Source of the DNA: Owenia fusiformis
Taxonomy: Eukaryota
DNA: 64,000 nucleotides
Assembly (NCBI GenBank): GCA_903813345.2
Contig: CAIIXF020000001.1
Coordinates: forward strand, 48,484,001 to 48,548,000
Reading direction: 5' to 3'
How positions within the stretch are numbered: the first letter of the stretch is position 1; the number at the start of each line of letters is the position of its first letter. The notes under the pieces were generated by a model. It saw nothing but the letters and a program-made list of their open reading frames with translations. It made no database searches and was not told the DNA's origin. Shown here in pieces: positions 13,393-26,200 of this stretch. A program made the position numbers and the translations under genes.

Positions 13393-14634
13393 GGAAGTGA
13401 GAAAATAAAAGGGAAATGCAATAAGATGTACTTTCAAAAACATTAAATAACAAGTGATCAGACCGAAATGAATTCGCGGAATTTTTACAGGACAAGATGG
13501 AGCGGACAAGAGGGTAGGCTGTACATCTAACGTAACAGTTTGAATACCAAAGTTCACTTCACCTACCATCTAAATTGCAAATTGTTTTTGGGTGTCCTCA
13601 TTTTTTGTATTCTAACAATCATTCGCCCATAAATGTCTATCTTTATTCGGCCATAAGGCTTATTATACAGATGACCCCAAAAATATGTCTTCACTTTTGA
13701 AATAATTTTGTCAGTCATGGTTGGTTTTTCTTGTGTCGAGGCGTGACTCAACGATAAAGTATTCAACTATGGAGCAGACAGTGAAGTAGCAGTTACCGGT
13801 TAGTAAGCGACATTGCTCTCTGTTGTTCAAAATCCAAAAATGCTGATTTTAAAGTTTCGTCTTTCTTAAAGCAAGATTGGCGAGAGAGTCAAACTAGCTG
13901 GTTAAGACATACTGAAATTAACTGAAGTGATCTTACGCCACCTTGTTAATTTGCAATCGCGTAGTTTGTGAATCAAATCATTCGGGGTCAGCCTGTAAAT
14001 GTGAAGTGTAGGTCCTTCTAGCCATTGATTCTTTTAAATACTTAATTGTAAGTAAAAAGGCGATTTTATTATCACATTTACAATACATAAATAAGTCTTT
14101 ATTTCACTCTGAAAATCATATCACACACTACACTGGACGTATTTCTTATCTCTGTTAATAAAACAGAGTAGTAAAACTGATCCTTCTTGAAAGTCTTGAG
14201 TCTAGACTCCATGTCTATGAAACTGTTATAGAATGCCAGCAAGCTTTTCATCAATTAAATGCAACTGTATGTGGCAGTGTTCAGTCAGGCACAAATAAGT
14301 TTAGATTATCATTCACGTTGGGAATGAAATTAGAATACTATAGATGACGCTACAGACACCATAGACAACAGGCAATAGAAGACCCCGACAAGATGGGTAG
14401 GGGTGAAAACACAGACGTCAGTGATGAATGGGTAACTCGGGCAGCTAAGGCGACATATAATATCTCGTCCTACTTTAGATATTTGGATTTATTTCTGGAA
14501 TAAAAAAAAATCAGTGAGTACGGTATGTTATTAAGCATATCTATTTATTTATCTCAGGGATAAATCTCTTAGTGAACGGATGAAAATTTATGGGCATCTT
14601 ATCTTGAATTTAAATGTTGACATAATTTAAGTCA

Positions 14635-17600
14635 TCAAACCTTTGCGGCCTCGAGTTCCTTTTCTCTTTCGATGATTTTAAGGACACCATCAGCCATCTC
14701 TTTAACGGCCTGGTACTCGGTAAGTCCGAGACGACGTTTGTTAGATACATCGTACACACCACCTACAGACTCTGTGTGTTCACCGTGGATACCTAGAAAC
14801 AAAAGCGTGTGTTATGTGTTTTTAATGTTACTCCCTGTTCTACTAACGCAATAGAGGACGCTTCATGCAAAGGTGGTTCATGCATCCTTAGTTCAAGGTT
14901 ATTTCAACCATTTGTCAACATAAAGTTATCTCTTCCAATTTGTAGCCCAACCCAAGTGATCTCAACCATTTATCAAGTTAATTTATCTCAACCATTTGCC
15001 AATCCAGTCCAAGTGATCTTAATTCAACCGAAGTTACCTCAAGTATTTGTCCACTCAAACCCAAGTGATCTCAGTCATTTGTCAACCCGTATAAAAGTAT
15101 ATTAATCCAATTGATCTTTTCTAACCCAACCCAAATGATCTCAACAATTTGTCAACCCATCTGAAATCAACCCATTGTCAACCCAACCCGAGTGATCTTA
15201 AACATTTGTCAACCCATCGGAAGTTCTTGCAAACATTTTTTATAAAGGCCCGGTAATCTCATACGTTTTCCAATTCAAACAAATATGTAAATAGCAACCA
15301 TTTGTTGAATGTTTTTCCCTTGGTCAACGTAACGCTAGTCTTTTGCCAAAGCAACGCTGACGCTACTCCGAATCTGTTCCATGACAAATTACCTCGGGGC
15401 TGGAGATGTAGTTTGGCACAGAAGTCTTGGAAATCAGGCTGTGCGGCCAGAAGGGGGATCCTGACGTGGACACTGGCACGGAGGGTGGTTCCCAAGTTGG
15501 TTGGGCAGAAAGTAAGGTAACCCAAACGGTTGTTCTTGGCAAATGGTACTTTGCTCTCCAAGTGCTTGATGCCCTGTAAAATGATTAGGCACAAGTAGAA
15601 TTCTAGCAACTGATGATATTAATACGTTTTTATCTCACAAATGAATTTCTGTACGTGTTAAATGCAATTTTATCGGTTTCAAAGATAATTTTATTTTATA
15701 TGAGGCTGAGCAGCCGTAGATTTACGATCATTGGTACTTACAGCAATGAGCCTCTTGTAGACCTGTCCAAGATTGCCTCCCATCTGCATGGAGATGATTC
15801 TAATGTGGTCCTCCTCGTTACACCATACCAAGAAGGTCTTGTCGGCGTTATGGAAGATACCCCTGGATGCTGGCCAGTCGCGGTAACCACCAGCAGCTCT
15901 CAAGAATCTAAACAACACAGAATCAACTATATACAATATTGATCCGTACCATTTGCAAAAACTTATTACTACCAGCCTCTGGGTTCTACTTTCCTTTTAT
16001 AGTACTCTCACAAGCTTTAGATAAAGAAGGACTCTGATAATTCAGAATGGCAAAATCCAATTATCTTAACATATTGCCATTTCCTAGTTATACATCAACG
16101 TCACTCAAAAGGAATACACCAATCGTAATCTTTAATATTTTCTCGGAGAGTCGGACCCTAAGACCGAGCCTTGAGATATATCAAAATACTTTGACATTGG
16201 ATGCCACCATGTCAAATATGTATTTTCCTGCAAACAAACAAAAATTAAAATTAAACAACAAACGAGCACTTACCTATCGTGGTCGTTGAAGAGGAAATGA
16301 TCTTCGGTAAGCTGTTTCTGAACCGCAGGAGTCATGCCGGTCAAGGGGAAATATGTTCCTTTGTGTTCACCGGTGAATGTCTTGAATGCCTCAACAACCT
16401 TTCCTTCCATCTCAGCACGATCCTAAAGTAAATCATAGCACGAGTGAACATGTAAACGTATAAGTCGTAAATTACACGATTTCATTGTATTGAACTAAGT
16501 CTCGCATCAATTCCTTTGTACCCCATTTTACACACTTCCTCCATTGGGGATCCAGGGACTTTATGTTGTAAGAGTATTTGTATCTTACCGCTGTTTTGAT
16601 GGTTGGTGGAAAGGCGTAGCCGCTACATGATCTTCCTACACGGACTCTGGTGGAGACGACATACTTGTTTCCTGGATCAACGTCACCAAATCCAAGGTTA
16701 TCCATATCACCGAACTGCCCTGCAGGGGGGTGCTTCACTTCACTCTTGTGGTAGTCAGCGATGATGGGGTCGAAGGCGTCCTGGAATACATCGTAGGCCT
16801 CAGGGTCACAGGCGTAAATACCAGTTCCAGAGTCAAGGTTCTCCACTCCTGAAATTACATTTTGACCATCAAAATTACACGAAAAAACTATTTTTAAAAA
16901 TTCACATCTACGCAAGATTCGTTCATTGTTGACTAAAATACAAGACAAGATACCAGAAGATAATTTATATACTCAGCTTTAACTTCCAAAGTATAAACGT
17001 TTGGCAAATAGAATCTCGATGGATAGTCTAGCCACAAGCCCTTGTTCCATCCTCTGACTAGGCCTACTTGATGAATAAAGACCATTCATCAGATTCCCTC
17101 TTTCTTTATCTTCTGCTTGTGAGAGATATGCTCTCTTCAAGACATAGAAGAGACTGTGAAATCCACAACGGATAAAGGTATAACAAAACCCATAACTCTG
17201 TTTAATACTCACCCGATCTTATACAGTCAGCAAGTGTTCCGTTCAATTTTGTCTTTGTGTTCTTATATTTGTCCCACACAGCCTGAGTGACGTGCTTCTT
17301 CATAAGAGACTTGCAGTCCTTGGCAGGACTCAGCTTGGCCCATAATTGATCAGCATCAGCCTGAAATGGATCATCAGTTGTTATATGATGCCCCGGGTAT
17401 GATGCATGAACAACGGTTGGTATCGTAAGGGAATTTCCTTTGAATGAGGCATTGTCCAGAGCGCAACTGTCAAATTCCAAATCTTACGTAAAGGTTTAAA
17501 AACGCATCTATAGATAATTTGGGTTCCATAGCCTGTACATTCTATTGGAATCCCTCTCCTAAGGATCAGTAAAGGGGGACTCATAAATTAGAAGGGTATA

Positions 17601-19720
17601 AAGGTATTTCAAACATGAGATTTTTTGGGGGGTGGGGGTATTGAGGCTGTGGGGTTTGTGGTTGGAAGGGTAATCGGAAAATATAGTACAGTGATCATAA
17701 TACCATATAAACCACTAGATTTACGAAGACGTATATATACACACCACAGGAAAGACAAAAATAACACGGCTACATAAGCTCAATAACCCGATAACGAAGA
17801 AAAGGTCAGTTTCGAAATTGAGTTCTATTTGTAAATTAGTATCTCGGCTCTCTGTAAACAACTTCCGAGGGCTCATCATATTTTAGTGAGTCTGGGCATC
17901 ATTCATCAACACTAGACGCTAGTGCTGAAGATGTTCATCGACTTTGAAATAACATAGCTCGAGTTACTTTATTACATACGTAGGCTACAGAAATATAACT
18001 GTAACAGCAATTAAGAATTCTCATGAAGGGAATGGGGCACAGTAACCTGGAAACGCCATGGTTTACTTCACCGGCAATGTCAGATTTTCTGAAATGATTG
18101 GCCACCAGTCAGGTACATCCAGGTGAATATAAGCGGTCCTAACAACTAGTCGAGCTTCTTTTTTACAAAATTAAACTTAATCAAATAACATGAATCATCA
18201 AATTTAAAGCTTCTTTTTTATATTTGAGATACGATGGTTCTAAGTAAAAATTGATCAGGAGTCGGAGTCCTTTCGCATATTTTCTGAACTTTCGAAGTTA
18301 TTCAAAGTAAAGTCAAGGATTTTCATATTTTCCAAAAAGTACTATTTTTTGTTTTCTCACAGTGTATGTCTCTTTATAAGTATCATTCGGCCTCTCAATT
18401 GGATTATTATCGAATTCCTCGTCCTAATAGTTAACTTTATTTGCCGAAAACTCTCTTTTACAACATTGAAAAAGCAACTAATAGTATCAATTTCAAGAGC
18501 ATCTCTTGTGTGAACGCGGCATTTTGTCGTAGCAGATGACCACATCTCTTAATCGAAGTATTGAATTGGAGACAGGCCATTTAGGTAAACATCGCGACAA
18601 GTTACTCAATATAAGTATTGAGATATTGATATGGAAACTACTAGTCCTTGAATCGCTTTCGCGGTGATGTTAATTTCGGCAAACAGAACTATTAGCGATA
18701 AGGCTAGCACTATTTTTGTAACCGATTTCAAATGCTCTTAAACCACTTTGAAAGCAACTAATTTAGTTCTTTGGTTTTCTTGCGAAAGCGGCATTAGTTA
18801 GGCCGTGCCGGAGACACCACAATGTTTCTGTAATCAAAATGGGCGACAGGTACTGTCCAGTTGGAAAGAATTGATGCGGCCTCCAAAACCGCTAAGCCAA
18901 TTGTATTTGCAGTGGTAAACATACTTTTTCGACAAATAGAACTATCAGTGATAGGCTTACCGCTGTTGAACTTATACTGGGCATTGATTTTTTGCAGTTC
19001 AATATCAATTCAAAAATTCATGCATCATTGACATTATTCCTTGGCAAAATATATACCTGGGATTAGTCCGTCATGATTAACATGACAATATCTCTCCGAT
19101 CGGTTCGTTGCAAAAGGTATGGGATAACCATCAGAATATGGACTGACGCTAAGACATTTTCTTTCAAAGCGCCGCCCAACTGTAAATCGATTCGATTCAC
19201 GAAATTGAGACGGTTTCGAGTTGTTGTCCATTGCATAGTCAATAGCGTAAAGTTTACTGACGACGGAAAGTAAATGACAGTATCAACTTTAACCTTGTTG
19301 TTTCTACACGGAAATAAACAAAATAACCTTAAATATTTACACGTAAATCAACCATGATCGATCTTATTATAGATGAATACACTAATTACAGGGTTAATTA
19401 CGTGGCTCCTACTAATTCCATCTGAAAAAACCAAACCACACCCCGATAATAAATAAATTGCAGAGTAGCATTGCTGATCTTTATAATAAGCAATCATTAT
19501 TTCAGTGTTACGTTGGACACGTTTTACTAGTTAGTTGGATTTTCGTCCATATAGTCAAATAATTTTTCCCCTTTTCCCTATTTTTACATAAATGACAATC
19601 ACGATACTAAAATCTAATTTTTATTATAGCACATACCCAAGCCTTCATATGTGGTAAATAAAAAGCAACAGTAGTGTTCAAGTTAATATTACATCAAAAT
19701 AAAAAATATTTACTCACCAT
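14635..19720 (-). CDS. Arginine kinase (phosphagen kinase)
   Basis: Exons 19720-19718 (ATG only), 17360-17213, 16848-16589, 16422-16274, 15907-15742, 15573-15393, 14792-14635. Motifs: [16 protein letters not shown] (short AK-type GS loop with D-S-G..Y), [53 protein letters not shown]. Confidence 0.93.
14900..15220. repeat. Degenerate minisatellite in arginine kinase intron 6
   Basis: Recurrent TCAACCATTTGTCAACCCAACCCAAGTGATC-like units. Confidence 0.7.
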
Positions 19721-19825
19721 AGTTGTGGATTACAGAAGAAAAATATCCTGGATATGAAAAGTGAAGCAGACTCCGGGTTGCAATAATCGAAGTGAAGGCT
19801 GTTCCCAGAGAGTCATAACGTATCA

Positions 19826-19833
19826 TCTTATAC
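19826..19833 (-). promoter_or_regulatory. Candidate TATA box of arginine kinase
   Basis: Minus-strand GTATAAGA about 110 nt upstream of the ATG-only first coding exon; position and sequence only. Confidence 0.35.
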
Positions 19834-22659
19834 AGATTTGGGGCCAGGTTATGGAGCATTATTTTTAGATCGTGGATAGGAATAAAGCCTTAAACTATAC
19901 CAGGTTGCAATAGAGATTCTGGTACAATTTTAGCTGGCTATACCTTCCAGGTTTTCAGGTAACTTATAACTATAGTGACCAATGGAAGACGATTGTATAT
20001 CACTTTTGATGTAAGTTCACTGGTCAGAAATAGGTAACTTAAAGTACTTATATGTTAAACATAGATCACTGAAATACGGAAGAGTTTACTCAGGCATCGG
20101 TTATCCTCTGGTGTTATCCATTGTTATCCTCTGGGCTGCTGAGACGGTTGTATCACAGTGACAAGTTCAATAGATTTTAAATTAGATACAATTACAAAAA
20201 CATAAGAAAGTGTTTGGAGCAATAGGAGCATCATCACATAAATCATATAAATTATAATACCAAGTTATCATTGTGTTACATTTGATAGTTTTGAGTAGAG
20301 AAAATATTTCAAATTTCAATGAAATCATATAAATATATATTCAAGCAATTGCAATTTAGCAATTGCTAAAAGGTAAGCTGTGGGTATGGAGTCTCGAGGC
20401 CAACTTCAAAACGTCGCGATCCCGAGGGTCAATAACCAAGTACATAGTAGTTGAAGCTATCTTTTAAGAATCAAAAGCAAACTATTGAAAAGGGTGAGCG
20501 ACTCATATGCTTATCCTTGCGGCAAACTTGCAAAGATCTCAAGAGAGCAATTTTAAAGTTGTTTTGCGCTTGTAGATCTATCATCTACGAATGCACAGCG
20601 GAAAATGTATATTTAGCTGAGGTACAGGAGGAAACGCTGCTGAAGGTTCATGAGCATATATGGTCTCCCAGAATTCTCCATGAGGGGGTGTGTAAGAATT
20701 GAGAGGATATTACTCGCTTGCTGCTGGTATCAGCTCACTTGATTAACCTAAATCAAAACACCGAGCACATTTCTTATTGCTAAATACCAAATATCACGTT
20801 ACTGATCAAAATTACAAAATTCTATCATAATATAGTAGTTTCAATCCCATTAAACTGTTTATATACTATATATGAACGTTTTTCGTTTGTATAGCTCGAT
20901 AAGACTAATACGGCAAATCAATTACATTTACAGCTCATATATTTTAATACCATTTTAATTATACAGTTTAGTATAGAGCTGATAATAGCAGTTATCAGTC
21001 TAATGGGAGTGAATTTATGATTGGGTTAAAGAAGTATGACTTTAAGGGAATAACCATAAGATCTTATTCAGAACCTTCAAAAAGGTGAGACATATTCTTT
21101 GTAAGCAAATATGTAAAGCAATATGGCCTCCTTTAATTTCTTTATTTTAACTATTTATAATATCCATTCTCACATTGAGTAATGTAAATACTTGTAAATA
21201 TATTTCTTTCTGTCAAGTAATATGTCCTATGAGTTAGAAAGTTATTTCAAATACGTTCTAAAAACAATTGTTTTTCGAATACTTGAATTTCCCGCCATTT
21301 TAACAACAAACGTAAGAATTTCAGATCATCAAACAATCCACATTTAATAATAATATTATTTTCCGAATAATTGTATTAATACGAAAAAACATCTGTTGGT
21401 GTATGGTTGGTTATTTTAGGTTTTTGTTAATAAGATAAGTTTTGATTTTAATTTTGTTTGAAGACCCTATTCATTTCCGATATACATGACAATAACCTGT
21501 TAACGATGATAGTATTTGCTCTCCATTTGTGTGCTTTACATTTTTAAGTGATTAACTTTTAAAAAATGCATGTAGCATCGTACGTCTGGACAAAAGATGA
21601 ATATATTTTATTGGGCTAGAAACTCTTAGTAAAGGAGAAAAGTAAAGGAGCTTCAAAGAGCCCTTGTTACTGATTTAGCAATGTTTCCATTTTCCCTGAT
21701 AAAACGGTATATCACCCAATGCAGACAGATCGCCTAAAATTACATTCGTATGATCCGAACTCTGTCTGAATGGGGTGTATATGAGGTGTATATAGGTCGC
21801 CAAGTAGAATGCCTATTGAATCATTGGTTTCATTGAGAACGAATTTTAAAATGCATTGTCTCAAAATATGTTTTTTTATTTTAAACTTTCTGCAGATGTA
21901 TCAGAAACAGTTTAAATTTATGTCTTCAAAAACTGGATAAATTCAACATTTTGGAAACCAAATGCCGGTGTAAAAGTGTAGGTGGTCCTATCAGAGACCT
22001 CATATTGATCACTTAAAGTACAGAGTATAGTTCCTTCTTAAAGCCGTGTGGAAAGTTATTGTGATACTACAATAACTTACCACGCTAACTCTTTAAAAAC
22101 AAACAATATACTCATGGTAAATAGGTTAGCCTCCTCAAGATCTAATGATTCTCCCCATAATGGAAAACATCTCAATTACATTTATTCATTTTCAGGGCCA
22201 CCCTGATCTTATGCAGTGCAGCAACATGTATTTATATAAGATGTGATCAATATTCACTTTCAAATACAGACCTCTACTTGTTTTAACTGTGGTGTCTGCT
22301 GGCAAGAATTATGTGGTATATATAATATGTATAAATATTTTGATATCTCCTCAAAGGTGAAAGATCTGGACGGGATCTGTGTTTTTACTCTTGTAGGACA
22401 ACTGAACGTTTATATTCTAATTTCTAGATCTTTGGGAATACAATCTACTATTTTCACCTGGAGTTATGGTGACTTAAATAAAAAAGTGATATCATTTCAG
22501 CATTATCATTTAACAACAAATACTATTTGTTTTATTCTTTATGATTTTATTCTTATTGAAATTTTTATCTTTTTGATGTTACCCGCATTTCACATGATGG
22601 AAATAATATTCATATTAGTATTAACCCAAATTGAAGAAGTAACCTCAACATTGCTAAAC

Positions 22660-22975
22660 CTCAGCAGTGCCAGACCAACAGTGGTAGTGACATACTTCTG
22701 TAGTGACATTCCAGTTGTGACATATCTCAGCAGTAACTCAACAGTAGTGACATGTCAGTAGGGACATACCTCAGTAGTAATATATCTCAGCAGTGACACA
22801 CCAATAGTGACATACCAGAAGTAGTGACATACTTCAGTAGTGACATTCCAGTTATGACATACCTTAACATTGATTTACCTCAGCAGTGGCCTACCAGTAG
22901 TGACATATTAGTAGTGACACTCCAGCGGTGATATACCTCAGTAGTGACATAACAGTAGTGACAATCATGACACAC
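22660..22975. repeat. Degenerate short-unit tandem repeat (CAGTAGTGACATAC-like) downstream of the GTF2H2 stop
   Basis: Many variants of CTCAGTAGTGACAT/CCAGTAGTGACAT in ~310 bp. Confidence 0.75.
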
Positions 22976-23298
22976 TAACATCTACTATGAGCCATATGTC
23001 CGCATTAACACTAGAAGTCCCTTATCTTATTATAAAGATAGACAACAGAAGAGATGAACTTTATAAATGGCACAACTTAAAGTTACACCCATTTAGTTGT
23101 GACAAATCCCTAGAATTCAAGCAATCTGATAAAATGTGGTCTATTAAAACTTCAATGAGACAATTCCAAAATAAATTTGTTCCAACTTTGAACTTAGTCC
23201 AACTTCTCATACACAAGCCCTGATTTCCTCTTGCAACTTGAAACTATAAGGTGGAGAATCCTGCACAAACTTTCTGGAAATATACACACAAGCTGGTG

Positions 23299-26200
23299 TC
23301 AGGAAACAGATGCATCATGTCCATTTGTAGGGCGAGTAGTTGTAGAACTGGTGGTTCCAGCACAGCCGGGACAGGTGTGGAGGGTCTCATGTATGAGTAT
23401 ATCACAGTCAGTACAGTAAAGATGCTTACAGCTTTGACACTGCTGTATCTGGAAAGAATGGGAGTAATGTGATTAATAAAAAGGTTTTTCAAGTTAGAAA
23501 GATGGCGTAGTTGCAAACACTTAAAGGCCATATGAACAATTTATACATTTTCACCAAAAATACAGGATTATTCTCTTGTCTAAAATCTAATGCCTGGATT
23601 TGTTGAACAGATGAATGAATGGTGTAAATAAAAACAATGTGAAATGCCACCACCTGCCACTTGCTACGGACGCCAGATGCCGACATGTGGAGGTGACATA
23701 AAAATGTTATTCTAGACCCCATTTCTATGGTAATGACAGAACTTTACAAGTGTAAATGTTACAAACAAATAACAAGGCATTAACATGCCAGACATGCAAA
23801 ATGTCACCACCTGCCATTTGTTACAGACACCGAACTCCAGACGCCAACCAATGAATGTGATCACAAAAATTGGAGACCATAACAATATGATACCACTTAC
23901 ACAAAAATAATGAACAAACCATGACCATTTGATTGCACAGTATTAAGTACTGGAGTCTGGTAGCAAGTATCAGAAATTGTAAAAGTGTAACAACTTGACA
24001 CCACATTATATGCTGGTTACAAAAGACAGTGAAGTGGTGATATAAAAACAGAGAAATCCTAAGTTATTATCATCAGTGAGGAGAATACTTACAGTTTGAT
24101 CTTTGATGGCAACACAACAGGCACTGCAAATTCTAAAATATACAATAATTAACATAGGTAATATAACACAAACAGCTCATACATGGAGTAAAATTGTAAG
24201 ACATTTTTAGGCAAGAGAATCAATGCTGTTAATTTAAAAATATACAGAACACTGAATAGTCTGTTTAACATTGCAATTTACATCATGATTTCTGTTTACT
24301 TTTTTCATCAGATAGGAAACACATGAATACATGTAAATTATTAATGTTCTAGCTATTGAAAGATGGCGTTATTGTCTGCACTTTTGAGTTTCACTATACC
24401 AATAATATTTCTCACCTTTGTTCTGGAGGTAGTTGCTGTATTGGAATCTCTGTGTAAGCATCCAAGGGGAAGAGATGATGGTATGACCTAGCTATATGTG
24501 GGGCAGATACCAAAATCAAACCTAATGTAAACAAAATATCATGATTTAGATGCTTTTTGCAAATTAATGTCGATCAAATCCTTCTAAAAAGTGATTCAAC
24601 CTTACAAAACCTAAGGGTCAATTTACATTATTATTAAGATTAAAATGAACTCATTGACGGTGCAGAAAATTCTTGAAAAAAGAACACCTACCACATGCTT
24701 TACACTCTACTGGTAGTTCACAATATTTGCTTTTACAATTTGGGCAGAAATACCCTTCTACACTGAAGCCTTCTTTTGATTTACTGTCCAAGTGGCTGCA
24801 AAACAAATTAAAAAAAATTACCAAACTTTACACATGTGACGTTAGAAAATATACCATAAGCAAATGCAGGTTTTTGAGTTATGTACACTATGGTGTATAC
24901 CATTCAATGAGATACTGAAAAATTGTACCTAAATTTTGGCAATTTCAGATGTGTGGAACAGCATTTTTTGACATTTCTAATAATAAGAACATGTAATTCT
25001 CCTTTTCGCGGTTCGGTCTTTGAATCAGAACGTTCGCAAATATGCACTGAAAAGCACTCAAAAGGACAAAATTTGATTGGTCAATATTTTCCCACTATGC
25101 ATTTCGCGTAGCTATTTGCGTGACACGAAAGTTCTAAATCAAACTAATTACTCAATTTTGTTTTTACACCCGCACGCTAAATAAAACAATGACACCATCG
25201 TAAGTATTCTTCTTTGTCATTGCTTTAATAGTCAGTATACCGAGTTTAATCAATAAAAGATTGTACAATGAACAACAAAATTCGGAAACGAGTGCTTTCG
25301 GACCACTGAACAGATTGACCTAGATAATAGCGACGCGTCTTCTTTGATGTCGCAGTTTGTAGTGCGGTAAGATTGGGATGAAAGTATTGAAAGTCGAATG
25401 GAATTGTTTTTTTCCAATATGGCGACTAGTCTACTGATCACGTGACTTTCTCTTCCGGAATATTTTCTCACTTTTCAATCATCGTTTTCACCACGCTATG
25501 AATTAATACAATGAAAAAAATAGCTGTAATATTAAGATTAATGAGAGATCAATCGTTTCTAATAATTTTTTCTGTACTCTCATACGGGAATATGAACGAA
25601 TATATCGTTTGAAAAAAAGGTGTGAAAATCCCCATGTTAAACCTATGAGGGAAAATAAGGAAGTATAAATTTGTTCCTCCGCGAACTGCATCATGGGAAA
25701 TATTTTGCCCTTATAAGGAAAGATTTTCGCGTTTTCTCTTTTGAAGAGGGAACAATGATTTCGAGAATTAAGTGTCAACATTATGTCATTCAAAGGATTT
25801 ACTAGACTCATGAATTCAACTGTTTCTACCCATGTACATATTTCTCTTTCAAAACATGACCAACACTAGTGTGCTGGTACTTACAACATGCACTGGAACT
25901 TACCACATGCACTGGAACTTACCACATGCACTGGAACTTACCACATGCACTGGAACTTACCACATGCACTGGAACTTACCACATGCACTGGAACTTACCA
26001 CATGCACTGGAACTTACCACATGCACTGGAACTTACCACATGCACTGGAACTTACCACATGCACTGGAACTTACCACATGCACTGGAACTTACCACATGC
26101 ACTGGAACTTACCACATGCACTGGAACTTACCACATGCACTGGAACTTACCACATGCACTGGAACTTACCACATGCACTGGAACTTACCACATGCACTGG

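Noticed and set aside
14900..15220. Arginine kinase intron repeat as another splice-junction array
   Set aside because: It lies mid-intron, over 100 nt from either splice site, and does not copy the junction.
22243..22761. 172-aa ORF and other short unspliced ORFs in the track
   Set aside because: No recognisable domains; they lie in intergenic, repeat or intronic DNA.
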